From positions 1 through 63,488 of the forward strand of contig JARKSN010000035.1 in NCBI GenBank assembly GCA_029974275.1: a DNA stretch of 63,488 nt, given 5' to 3'. Position 1 is the stretch's first letter. Every line of letters begins with the position of its first letter. This document shows positions 54,405 through 63,488 of the stretch, in pieces. The notes under the pieces are model-generated. The model saw nothing but the letters and a program-made list of their open reading frames with translations. It did no database searches and was not told where the DNA came from. The position numbers and the translations under genes are program-made. The DNA is from Candidatus Hydrogenedentota bacterium. Lineage in GTDB: Bacteria; Hydrogenedentota; Hydrogenedentia; Hydrogenedentales; SLHB01.

Positions 54405-57215
54405 ATGAGGGGCGAAATGCGTCGTGTTTTCCCGGTTTTTGGGGTGTTGCTGGCCTTAATGGCGGGCGCATGGGGGGATTTCGCTTGGGGGGCGAAACCC
54501 GAGCGTCTCTATCCGTTCCGGGAGACCGTTCTCGATAACGGGTTGCGGGTGATTACGCTGGAGGATTTTTCGACGCCGATTGTCGCGGCGCAGGTTTGGT
54601 TTCACGTGGGGTCGAAAAATGAGCCCGTGGATCGGCGCGGTTTTGCGCATTTGTTCGAGCACATGATGTTTCGCGGGACGGATTTGGTCGGTCCCGAACA
54701 GCATATGGAACTGTTGCGGAGGATTGGGGGGGAGTCGAACGCCTTTACTTCTTTTGACTATACCGCGTATGTGAACACGGCTCCCGCCAATCAAGTGGAG
54801 CTTCCGTTTTGGCTCGAAGCGGATCGGATGATGTATCTCAAGATTGACGAGGAAGGGTTTGCGATTGAGCGCAAGGTGGTCGAGGAGGAGTTGCGTCAGG
54901 ATTATAACGAGCCGTATGGCACGATTGTTCAGGAGGCGTTGCCGCATCTTTTCGAGACGCCGGCGTATCAGTGGCCTCCGATCGGCAATGTGCCTCATTT
55001 GCGCGCCGCCACCGCTGCGGAGGCGCATGCCTTTTGGGACCGATATTACGTTCCGGGCAATGCCGTGTTGGTCGTGTCGGGGGCGGTTCGGCACGGAGAG
55101 GCGTTGCGGCTGGCCGAGCGTTATTTTGGGTGGATGCCGGCAATTTCTGCACCGGCTCCAGCGGTTTTTGCGGAGCCGGAGCAGAGCGCTTCGCAGGAGG
55201 TGACGCTTTCCGAGCGTTTGGGCCCTGCGCCGATGGCGGGGTTCATGTACCGGGGCGTGCCCGAGGGGCATCCGGATGAAATGGCGTTGCAGGTATTGAT
55301 GATTGTTCTTGGCGGGGGGGATAGCAGCAGGCTGTATCGAGACCTTGTTCAGGAGAGGCGGGCGGCCACGCAGGTGATGGCCGAGGCGTTTTCGCTGGAG
55401 CGGGCAGGATTGTTTGGGGCTGGGGCGGCGATATTGCCCGGCGGCGATATCGACGCGGCCTTGGAGGCGGTGGGCAGGCATTTTGACGCGCTTGTGGAGG
55501 CCCCAATTTCCGCTGATGAACTGATGAAGGCGCAAAACCGGCTTCGCCGTGATGTAGTGATGCAGACCCTCACGGTGGAGGGAAAGGCGCGCATGCTTGG
55601 GCGCAGCGCCACGGTGTTGGGGGATGCCGAGTATGTGAACAGGGAGTTGGGAAGGATCGAGAAGGTCACGGTCGAGGATGTTTGGCGCGTGGCCCGGGCC
55701 TATGTCGTTCCGGCGCGGCGCACGACGTTGCGGATTGTGCCTGCGCCTGAGGCGTCGCCGGTTGATCCCGATGCGTTGCGCGTGGCGGACGCCGACGGAA
55801 CGGCGGAGGAGATCGCCGCTTTGCGCAAGGGCACGGCGGTCCGGCCCGAGTGGTATCCGAAACAGCCGCCGCTCAAGCCGTTGCTGGATGCGTTGCCGCG
55901 TTTTCCGATGCGGCGTCACACGTTGGCGAATGGGCTGCAGGTCGTTGTCGTGCCAAACCGCGAGGCTCCTTTCGTGTCGGCGATGCTCGGGTTTCGGTAC
56001 GGGGCCTATGCCGAGGATTCGGCGGCTCCGGGCACGGCGTCCGTGGCGATGGCGATGCTGACCAAAGGCACGCAGAAGCGTACGGCGGCGCAGTTGGCCG
56101 AACTTCTCGATTTGAACGCCCTTGCGTTGGGAGGGGCGGCGAGTTTGGACGATGCGAACGTCACGGCGAGCGGTCTATCGGACAAGGCTTCGCTCTTGCT
56201 GGACCTTATGGCGGAAGTGGTGACGGAGCCGGTTTTTCCGGAGGATGAGTTTTCGGTATTGCAGGAGCAGCGGCGGCTGAGTCTCTCTATTCAAGAGCAG
56301 GATGCCCGTTATCTTGCAGAGCGCGTGTTGCGCCGCGTGATTTTCTCGGGGCATCCGTACGAGCGTTCGTCCGAAGGAGAATTGCAGGATGTTGCGGTGG
56401 TGACGTTGGAGGGGGTCAAGGCGTGGTGGAAGACCTATCTGCGACCCGATGCCGCGATTTTGTATATTGCCGGCGATGTGAAACCGCGCGAGGCGATCCG
56501 GTTTGCCGCGCGCAGTTTTGGGGGATGGCGCGTGGAAGGACCGGCCCCGGAGGTGAAGGCTCCCGCGACGCCGGAGCAGGGCCCGACGCGCATTTATCTT
56601 GTCGACAAGCCGGGCGCGGTGCAGAGTCAAATCCGCATCGGGGCTCCGACGCTAACGCGCGGCAATCCGGATTATCATTATTCACGGGTGTTTACGCAGA
56701 TATATGGCGGCTCGATGGGCAGCCGCTTGAGCAAGTGGGTGCGCGTCAAGCAGGGACTGACGTATAGCGCGGCGGGGGGCGTTGTGCCGCGACGTTTTTC
56801 GGGCACATTCTGGACGTATACGTTTACCAGGACGTCCAGCACGGCCGAGGCGGTCAGCGCTTTGTTGGATGTGGTGAGGGGGATGCGAACGGAACCGCCC
56901 GCGCCGGAAGAGCTTGACGTCGCAAAATCATATTTGGTCGGCAGTTTTCCGGGGCAGCTCGAAACGCCCCAGGATGCTATCCAGTATCAGTGGGTGATAG
57001 ACAGTTATGGATTGCCCCGCGATTATTTGGTTCAGGCCATTCGCGCCTATGGGACTTCTGATGCTTCTGATGTGCAGCGGGTTGCCGAGAAGGTTATCGA
57101 TCTTGACCGGATGACGATTGTGGTTGTCGGCGATGCCGCGTCGATTGCGGCGTCTCTGGAGAAGATCGCGCCCGTGACCTTGGTTCCGGCCTCGGTTCCG
57201 GCGCCAGCGGAATAG
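54405..57215 (+). CDS. Secreted M16 (pitrilysin/PqqL-like) zinc peptidase, two fused halves
   Basis: Signal peptide; LDNGLRV, AHLFEHMMF (HxxEH), NAFTS; second LANGL half; GGGAGG RBS. Confidence 0.93.
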   Translation: MRGEMRRVFPVFGVLLALMAGAWGDFAWGAKPERLYPFRETVLDNGLRVITLEDFSTPIVAAQVWFHVGSKNEPVDRRGFAHLFEHMMFRGTDLVGPEQHMELLRRIGGESNAFTSFDYTAYVNTAPANQVELPFWLEADRMMYLKIDEEGFAIERKVVEEELRQDYNEPYGTIVQEALPHLFETPAYQWPPIGNVPHLRAATAAEAHAFWDRYYVPGNAVLVVSGAVRHGEALRLAERYFGWMPAISAPAPAVFAEPEQSASQEVTLSERLGPAPMAGFMYRGVPEGHPDEMALQVLMIVLGGGDSSRLYRDLVQERRAATQVMAEAFSLERAGLFGAGAAILPGGDIDAALEAVGRHFDALVEAPISADELMKAQNRLRRDVVMQTLTVEGKARMLGRSATVLGDAEYVNRELGRIEKVTVEDVWRVARAYVVPARRTTLRIVPAPEASPVDPDALRVADADGTAEEIAALRKGTAVRPEWYPKQPPLKPLLDALPRFPMRRHTLANGLQVVVVPNREAPFVSAMLGFRYGAYAEDSAAPGTASVAMAMLTKGTQKRTAAQLAELLDLNALALGGAASLDDANVTASGLSDKASLLLDLMAEVVTEPVFPEDEFSVLQEQRRLSLSIQEQDARYLAERVLRRVIFSGHPYERSSEGELQDVAVVTLEGVKAWWKTYLRPDAAILYIAGDVKPREAIRFAARSFGGWRVEGPAPEVKAPATPEQGPTRIYLVDKPGAVQSQIRIGAPTLTRGNPDYHYSRVFTQIYGGSMGSRLSKWVRVKQGLTYSAAGGVVPRRFSGTFWTYTFTRTSSTAEAVSALLDVVRGMRTEPPAPEELDVAKSYLVGSFPGQLETPQDAIQYQWVIDSYGLPRDYLVQAIRAYGTSDASDVQRVAEKVIDLDRMTIVVVGDAASIAASLEKIAPVTLVPASVPAPAE

Positions 57216-57288
57216 CGGAATACGAGATCGCTTCGCGCAATGCTGCAGTCGGCTTTTCGCGAAGCGTTGTCTGGGGGAAGTGGTTCGA

Positions 57289-57798
57289 ATGGTCATCGGC
57301 GTGATGAGCGATACGCATGGGAATCGTTCTTTGATGCATGCCGTGGCGGATCATTTGTGCGGGAAACTTGGGGCAGGGCTTCTTTTTCATCTGGGCGACG
57401 ATTACCGGGATGCCGTTGAGCTTGCGGAGGCGGGCTATGAGATGCGCATGGTGCCCGGGCTGTGGTGCCCGGAATATCATGACTTTCGGATACCGCGGCG
57501 GATTGTCGAGGATATTGAGGGGGTGAGCGTCGCATGCGCTCATGCGGATCGCGATTTGCGCGCCGCCACGTTTGCGGCGGCGGTTATCTTGACGGGGCAT
57601 ACGCATGTGCCGCGCATCGAGCGCGTTGGTTTTTCGTTGTATGTCAACCCTGGCCATTTGAAGGCGAGAAGCGATCGGGGCGCGTTTCCGACGTTTGCTG
57701 GCGTCGATATCGGGTCCGATGTCGTGGTGGCGCGCATTTACGACATGGACTGGCGTGTTTGCGACGAGAAACGCGTTTTGCGCGGCGAACTCGCCTGA
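57289..57798 (+). CDS. YfcE-like metallophosphoesterase
   Basis: SDTHGN, HLGDD, GHTH, NPG. Confidence 0.85.
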   Translation: MVIGVMSDTHGNRSLMHAVADHLCGKLGAGLLFHLGDDYRDAVELAEAGYEMRMVPGLWCPEYHDFRIPRRIVEDIEGVSVACAHADRDLRAATFAAAVILTGHTHVPRIERVGFSLYVNPGHLKARSDRGAFPTFAGVDIGSDVVVARIYDMDWRVCDEKRVLRGELA

Positions 57799-57828
57799 TC
57801 GTGGGGCGCGGGCGCATTGGTTTGTGGT

Positions 57829-58680
57829 TTATCGCTGGCGGCGCGGAGAGGAGCGAAGGGACGTGACGGCGTTGCGGACGGTTGTTGTCGTGGGCCAGGG
57901 ATCGCCCTGAACGATATGGACGCGTGGGCCGAGGGGGGCCCATTTTTGGGGGTCGGTTTGGCCGTAGATCGCGACGACGATGCAGCCGACGGCGGCGGCG
58001 AGGTGCGTGATGCCGCTGTCGTTGCCGATGTACAAGCGCGTGGCGGCGAGATGCCGGGCGAGATCGACAAGCGGCGCGGGCGGCATCGTGATGGCGCGGG
58101 CGGGTAGGCGCAGGCTTGTTTCAGCGGGTCCCGCACACCATTCGACGCGCCGACCGGAGCCTTCGAGGGTTTGCGCGATTTCGGCGAAGCGGTCCATTGG
58201 CCAATTTTTTAGGGGGCTTCCGCTTCCGGGGTGGATGATGACGTCGTGTTCGGTGCGTGCGGCGGGAATATGGAGGCGGAAAGGCGTGTCGCTGGCCGGA
58301 AAGCCAAGACACTCGAGGTAGTAGGCGTTCGCATGCCGCGATCCGTTTCCGGCGGGAAGGCCTGAGAATGCGCGCACGTCGCTCAGCCCGCACGCGCGAA
58401 GATTGTTTGCGATGGAACCGTCGTCGCGCATCCAAATGATGGCCCGGTGGAAAGGCTCCAAAAAAGCGCGCAGCCGTTTGGACGGGGCGGTGAACACGCT
58501 GTCGAAATCGATGGCGTCGAGTTCGTGCGCGGCGGTCGCGATGCCTCCCGCGACGAGCAGATCGAGCCGATCGCCTCGTCCTGCGAGTTCGAGCGGGCCT
58601 TCGAGGGCAAGCCGGGCGAGCGCGGGGGCGGTCAGCAGCAAGTCGCCGATGCCGCCGACGTGGACGGCGAGCGTTCTCAT
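57829..58680 (-). CDS. GT9 (heptosyltransferase-like) glycosyltransferase
   Basis: GGIGDLL, HPGSGSPLKNWP, GNDSGITHLAAA. Confidence 0.9.
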   Translation of the reverse strand: MRTLAVHVGGIGDLLLTAPALARLALEGPLELAGRGDRLDLLVAGGIATAAHELDAIDFDSVFTAPSKRLRAFLEPFHRAIIWMRDDGSIANNLRACGLSDVRAFSGLPAGNGSRHANAYYLECLGFPASDTPFRLHIPAARTEHDVIIHPGSGSPLKNWPMDRFAEIAQTLEGSGRRVEWCAGPAETSLRLPARAITMPPAPLVDLARHLAATRLYIGNDSGITHLAAAVGCIVVAIYGQTDPQKWAPLGPRVHIVQGDPWPTTTTVRNAVTSLRSSPRRQR

Positions 58681-60158
58681 GGCGCGGTTTCACTTTCCCA
58701 TGTGTAGATGACGATGCGGGCGTTTGGGTATGGCGAAAGGTCGGCGCGCACGAGGCGCAGGCCGGGCGGCGCGTGGGCGGGATCGAGCAAGGGGCGCAAC
58801 GCGGGAATCATGTTCGCGGTGTACCGTTCGTCGACGACGATATAACGCGCCTGCGTCGCGCGCGCGTCGCGCAGAATGTCGGTCAAAGAGGCCTTTGCGT
58901 CGGGTCCTTGGGTGGGCATGTGGGCGTAATAGCCGATTTGGGGTTTTCGCGTGAGGATCAGGCCGGGTTCCAGGTTTGCACGCATCCATAGGCCCGCCGT
59001 TTTGTATTCGCGGGGATCGAGGGGAAGATGGCCGAAGTGTTCCGGCAATAGGGTGAAGGCCATTCCGTGCAGCATGATGAGGGCGTAAATCGTCAGGGGC
59101 GCAGCGCGAAGGGCGCGAAACCGCGGCGATGCGGCGGCGCGTTGCGTCACGATGGCGAAGCCGCGCGCCCCCCAGATGTATGCGACGATGAGGAAACTCA
59201 TCATGTAGCGGGGTTCGGCGAAGGTGCTGAGCGTGGCCAGCGCCCATTGCAGGCATGCGAAGAAGATCACGAAGCCTTCGAGACGGAAGTTGCGCCGGGG
59301 GGAGGGGGTGAACGCGCCTACTCCGACGAAAAGGAGCACGTAGGGGCCCAGCATGACGGGAATGACGTTGCCCATGAGGGTGTTGAACGCGCGAACGGTC
59401 TGTTCGCCGCGGTTGAGGAGTGCGTGGGCAAGCGCGCCGCCGAGGTCGGGAGCGCGTCCGCTGAGGGCGAAGGAGCCGGTTACGGTTTTCAGGTAGGCCG
59501 CGTAGATAGTCAGCAGCACGGTGGAGATGACGAGGAAAGGCAGGAGGCGTTTCCAGCGTCCTTCCCCGTTGCGGGCGCACAGGAACGTTGCCGCGACGGG
59601 CGCGGCGAGCAGTAGAAAGGTTCCTTCGGGGCGCGCAAGATGGAGCGCGAAGAAGGCGACGGGGGCGGCGAAAGTCCATGGCCCTCCGTCGAGTAAGGCG
59701 CGGGCCAAGGCGTAAATGGCCGTGAACCAAAGAAGCGAAGCCAGTGCTTCGGGGCCGACGCGGGTTCCGTAGTCGATGAGCCATGGCCATATGGCGACCA
59801 TGGAGGCGGCAATGCGCGCGGTTGCGGATCCGTGTAGCATGCGGGCGAGCAGGTAGACGGGAATGGGCAGCAGCGAGGAGGCGACGAGCGAGACCCATCG
59901 CAGCGCCCATTCCATATCGGGCGCGGCGGGGCGCATCAGGGCGCCGAGCGCCGGGTAGAGCGGCGGGATGCGCGGGCCAAGGGTTTTCCATTGGCCTTTG
60001 GCATAGTCTTCCGCGAGGGAGACGTAATGGATGGCGTCGGCGCTGTCGAGGACGCGCGGCATGGCAACGGCGAATAGCGCACGGCACAGAAACGCGGCCG
60101 CGACGCATAGGCAGAGGTCGCGAACGAGGATTTTGGCGTCGCTTTCGGAAGCGTCCAC
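58677..60158 (-). CDS. GT-C fold membrane glycosyltransferase (ArnT/PMT_2-like)
   Basis: DSAD..Y, IPPLYP, LARPEG, EPRY; many TM segments; overlaps GT9 start. Confidence 0.82.
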   Translation of the reverse strand: MDASESDAKILVRDLCLCVAAAFLCRALFAVAMPRVLDSADAIHYVSLAEDYAKGQWKTLGPRIPPLYPALGALMRPAAPDMEWALRWVSLVASSLLPIPVYLLARMLHGSATARIAASMVAIWPWLIDYGTRVGPEALASLLWFTAIYALARALLDGGPWTFAAPVAFFALHLARPEGTFLLLAAPVAATFLCARNGEGRWKRLLPFLVISTVLLTIYAAYLKTVTGSFALSGRAPDLGGALAHALLNRGEQTVRAFNTLMGNVIPVMLGPYVLLFVGVGAFTPSPRRNFRLEGFVIFFACLQWALATLSTFAEPRYMMSFLIVAYIWGARGFAIVTQRAAASPRFRALRAAPLTIYALIMLHGMAFTLLPEHFGHLPLDPREYKTAGLWMRANLEPGLILTRKPQIGYYAHMPTQGPDAKASLTDILRDARATQARYIVVDERYTANMIPALRPLLDPAHAPPGLRLVRADLSPYPNARIVIYTWESETAP

Positions 60159-60272
60159 GGTTGTGTGGAAGTCCTTTGATCGGTTTGCGTTTCTTTTGGC
60201 GGCGGCGCGGCCTCGGGAAACGTCACGCTTGTACGGACATATTACCTGACGTTCACGATTGTGTGGATCAGG

Positions 60273-61106
60273 TTAGCAGAATGGTTCGAGAAACGCTCTT
60301 CCGCGCATGAAGCCGTCTTCGCGAGTTTGGGCGCCGTCTTCGTGTTCGATGCTGAGCACGCCGTCGTATCCATTTTGACGAAGGTGCGAGATGTATTCGC
60401 CCCATGCGATGTTGCCGAAACCCGGGATGACGTAGCGCCACCAGCCGTCTGCGTAAATGCCGACGCGGGCGCGCCGGGCCTTGTCGACGATGACGTCTTT
60501 GGCGTGGGTGTGGAAGATGCGTTCGCGGAGCATCGATACGGGAACAAGGTGGTCGCATTGTTGGTGGTAAAGGTGGGAGGGGTCGTAGTTCAGGCCGAAG
60601 CGTTCGTCGGGGATGGCCTCGAACAGGCATTCGAAGGTGTCGAGGCCTTGCAGGCATGTGGCGAACCAGTTTTCGATGGCGATGTTGACGTTTTTCTTCG
60701 CGGCGTGGCGAAGGATGGGCGAGAATATTTTGGGCAAGACTTTGCGGATCGTGTTGATTTTGGTCATGCCGTGGGCGGGGAATCCGGCGAGCAGGCATAC
60801 GATGGACACATCGAGCATTGCGGCGTCGTCGATGCATTTTTTGGCGTGACGTTGAAACCCCTGGGTGAATGCGGGATCGGTGAAACGCGGTTCGTAGTAG
60901 GCCAGGCTTGATATTTCGAGTTCGCGATCGGCCAGGCAGTTTTTGATGGTTTCGCTGCGCGCCGGGGTGAGTTCAGCGGGGTCGATGTGTTTGCTGCCGG
61001 GATGGGCGGTGACTTCGAGACAGGGAATGGCCGCCCGTTCCGCGAACTGCAGAACGGTTTCGAGCGGTTCGTTGGCGAACGGTGCGGTGAGCATGCCTAC
61101 TTTCAT
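60273..61106 (-). CDS. Sugar phosphate isomerase/epimerase (TIM barrel)
   Basis: AIENW, NYDPSHL, HTHAKD, PGFG, LSIEHED; GGAGG RBS. Confidence 0.92.
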   Translation of the reverse strand: MKVGMLTAPFANEPLETVLQFAERAAIPCLEVTAHPGSKHIDPAELTPARSETIKNCLADRELEISSLAYYEPRFTDPAFTQGFQRHAKKCIDDAAMLDVSIVCLLAGFPAHGMTKINTIRKVLPKIFSPILRHAAKKNVNIAIENWFATCLQGLDTFECLFEAIPDERFGLNYDPSHLYHQQCDHLVPVSMLRERIFHTHAKDVIVDKARRARVGIYADGWWRYVIPGFGNIAWGEYISHLRQNGYDGVLSIEHEDGAQTREDGFMRGRAFLEPFC

Positions 61107-61374
61107 GGCGCCTCCTGTGGGGTTTGTTCAGGCGATCATCATTCCGCATACGTGCGATTTCTGTTGTGAGTGCGTTTTCACTGGGCAGGGCGTATGCACC
61201 CACGTGAAAAGGCGCCCGTGTGCGGCAGTCGCATCTAGCAAAGCATGCCATACGCGACGTGTCAACATCCAGAGAGACGAAACGTCTGCGGCGGTCTCTG
61301 TGTTGGGGCGCAATATCCGCGCATGCGGCGCCGTTCCTGTGGTATGGTAGGGGCGGCAGAGCGAGGGTGAATTC

Positions 61375-62283
61375 ATGGCGCGTACGGGGTTTGCGTATCG
61401 CGAGGAAATGTTGCTGCATGATCCCGGGCCGGACCATCCGGAGCGGGCGGCGCGGCTTGCGGCGATCGCCGGCGCGGTCGAAGGCGCGGCGTTGGGACTA
61501 GCGGTCGTGGAGGTGCAGCCGGCGTCGCTTGAGGACTTGTGGCGGGTGCACAGCGCTCCTTATGTGGATGCGATTTGTCACTATTGCATGACCGATGATG
61601 CCTATCCTTCCTTGGACACCGCCATGGGCAAGGGGTCGTGGGAGGCGGCGTTGTTGGCGGCGGGCGCGGGAATTTCGGCGTGTCGCGCGGTGCTGGACGG
61701 CGCGATCGACAATGCCTTTTGCGCCGTGCGCCCGCCGGGGCATCATGCCGAACACGATCGCGCCATGGGATTTTGTTTGTTCAATAACGTGGCGGTTGCG
61801 GCGCGGTGGCTGCGTGATGCGGCGGGGGTTGGACGCGTCGGAATCATCGATTGGGACGTTCATCATGGCAACGGCACGCAACACGCTTTTTTTTCGGACG
61901 AGACGGTGTGCGTTGCCAGCATACATCAGCACCCGCATTATCCGGGGACGGGGTTTCCGCAGGACCATGGCGTGGGCGGTGCGACGTTGAATGTGCAGAT
62001 GCCGCCGGGGGGCGGACCGGATGAGTGGCTGGGGGCGTTGGACGACGTGGTGGAGGCGATGGAGCGTTTTGGGCCGGATTTTTTGCTGTTGTCCTGCGGT
62101 TTTGACGCGCATCGCGAGGACCCTTTGGGGGCGCAACGGTTGGAAGCAGAAACGTTCGCCGAGATGACCCGGCGGGTGCGGTCTCTTGCGGGCGGGCGGA
62201 TTGTTTCGATGCTTGAGGGGGGGTATGCCTTGGAGGCGCTTGCTGCGTCGGCGGTGGCGCATCTTCGCGCGCTGCAGGAGTGA
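61375..62283 (+). CDS. Histone deacetylase-family (acetylpolyamine/protein deacetylase) protein
   Basis: HPERAAR, RPPGHHA, GFCLFNN, DWDVHHGNGT, GFDAH..DPL, LEGGY. Confidence 0.95.
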   Translation: MARTGFAYREEMLLHDPGPDHPERAARLAAIAGAVEGAALGLAVVEVQPASLEDLWRVHSAPYVDAICHYCMTDDAYPSLDTAMGKGSWEAALLAAGAGISACRAVLDGAIDNAFCAVRPPGHHAEHDRAMGFCLFNNVAVAARWLRDAAGVGRVGIIDWDVHHGNGTQHAFFSDETVCVASIHQHPHYPGTGFPQDHGVGGATLNVQMPPGGGPDEWLGALDDVVEAMERFGPDFLLLSCGFDAHREDPLGAQRLEAETFAEMTRRVRSLAGGRIVSMLEGGYALEALAASAVAHLRALQE

Positions 62284-62308
62284 CGCGGTCCCTTCCCGCG
62301 CGAGGCGG

Positions 62309-63238
62309 TTAGCTGCGGTTTTCTCTTCTCGGTTCCGTGGGCCAGTGGCCGATGACGGTGGCGGTGTGTGCGTGTTGGGTCAGGATCATGGCTTTTGCGT
62401 CCGGGCGTGTCTGGCAGAATTTTCGGATTCTGTTGATGGGCATGATCATGAATGCTGTTGATAGAGCGTCGGCTTCTCCGGCTGTGGGGGCGAGGGCCCA
62501 CGCGTCGACGCGGTCGCGTACGGGCTTGCCCGTGCGAGGATCCATGATGTGGCGTCCTCGCACCTGAACGCCGGAACCGCTTACGGCGGCATGGTGCAGC
62601 AGGATGCGGCCGAGCGGGGAAGGGACGGAGGGGCTGTTTCCTGCGGCGATGGCCCATCCGGATCCGTCGGGGCCGTCTCCCCACGCAAGGACGGTGCTTT
62701 CGCCGGACTGCAGCAGCGCGTTGTGGATGTCCCAATCCTGAAGGATTGCGGCGGCCTTATCGAGCGCATAGCCTTTCCCGATTCCTCCGAGGTCCAGAAT
62801 GACGTCTGGCGCGAGGACGCGCACGCGCAACAGGGATTCGTCGATTTCGATTAGATGACTTCCCACGCAGGCGCGGGCTTTGGCGAACTCTTGGGGGGGT
62901 GGTTTGCGTGGCGTTTTTTTTTCGGGATGCCAGTAGCGCATCAAGGAGCCAACGGTGGGGTCGAAGGCGCCAAGGGTGTTGCGCGCTGTGGTGATCGCCA
63001 GGGCTAGGCATGCGACGGCATGTTCGTTTGTTTTCACCCAGACGCCCGGCTGGGAACGGTTGAGTTGCGCGATGTCGCTGGATTCCTGATATCGACTGAG
63101 GACTCGTTCGATGGCGTCGATTTCGGCGAAGGCGGCGTCTGCGGCTTGGCGTGCGTAGCGTGCTTCTTCGTTGGCGATCACGGCTTCGAACGTGGTCGTC
63201 ATGGCTTCATGCGCGAACCGGTGCAGAGCGTGGGACAT
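62309..63238 (-). CDS. FAD:protein FMN transferase (ApbE family)
   Basis: AMTT, LSRYQESSDI, GAFDPTVG, DLGGIGKGYALD, HIMDPRTG, ADALSTA. Confidence 0.9.
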   Translation of the reverse strand: MSHALHRFAHEAMTTTFEAVIANEEARYARQAADAAFAEIDAIERVLSRYQESSDIAQLNRSQPGVWVKTNEHAVACLALAITTARNTLGAFDPTVGSLMRYWHPEKKTPRKPPPQEFAKARACVGSHLIEIDESLLRVRVLAPDVILDLGGIGKGYALDKAAAILQDWDIHNALLQSGESTVLAWGDGPDGSGWAIAAGNSPSVPSPLGRILLHHAAVSGSGVQVRGRHIMDPRTGKPVRDRVDAWALAPTAGEADALSTAFMIMPINRIRKFCQTRPDAKAMILTQHAHTATVIGHWPTEPRRENRS

Positions 63239-63488
63239 GCGCCTCGCGTCTCCATGTTATGGGGCGTGTTTTTCGTTGAGTGGATTCAAAAGATTTGGAC
63301 GCGGCAGCATCTTATCTTTTTTTGCGCCGGAGCTCCATTGACGGGTGATCGCTTTGTTTCGCGGGGAGGGCATGGCCGGCGATCCGCGCTACGTAGCGGC
63401 GGCGAGCATTTTCCGAAAGCGATTGCCATGGCGGAGGCGGTTCGTGTGAACGGCTTGTTTCCTATTCCTTACGGTTGGGAAGTGGGGG

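Noticed and set aside
61237..61251. Sigma54-like TGGCATGCTTTGCT on the minus strand
   Set aside because: GG to GC spacing is 8 nt, not the required 10
1..63488. CRISPR array, tRNA/rRNA, prophage, reverse transcriptase, recoded stop codons
   Set aside because: No spaced direct repeats, cloverleafs or such genes seen by eye, and recognised genes appear full-length; a computational scan could still find weak cases

Overview
GC-rich bacterial chromosomal window with about 47 protein-coding genes. I found no rRNA, tRNA, CRISPR array, prophage, integrase or transposase. The gene content (Tat-exported Gfo/Idh/MocA oxidoreductases, giant HEAT-repeat exported proteins, many TIM-barrel epimerases, B12 radical SAM enzymes, GT-C glycosyltransferases, SGNH proteins) resembles Hydrogenedentota/PVC-type genomes; this taxonomy is inference only. 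Housekeeping genes (dapA, dapB, typA, priA, PDH-type E2 and lpdA, fabI, ispH, a cold-shock gene) are interleaved with envelope-modification genes, a TolC-MFP-RND efflux operon and an MNT-HEPN toxin-antitoxin pair. Best candidates for undescribed biology: (1) two separate loci each pairing a paralogous Tat oxidoreductase with an exported protein built on the same ~600-aa HEAT solenoid but carrying different terminal domains; (2) three B12-binding radical SAM genes, one highly divergent, around a GT-C/TPR gene and next to an acyl-CoA ligase; (3) a ~108-bp MITE/RIME-like palindromic element supplying a gene's stop codon; (4) an orphan Cys/His protein resembling an archaemetzincin without HExxH. 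All family assignments are by eye from motifs; no searches were run, and start codons were refined by hand from the ORF track.
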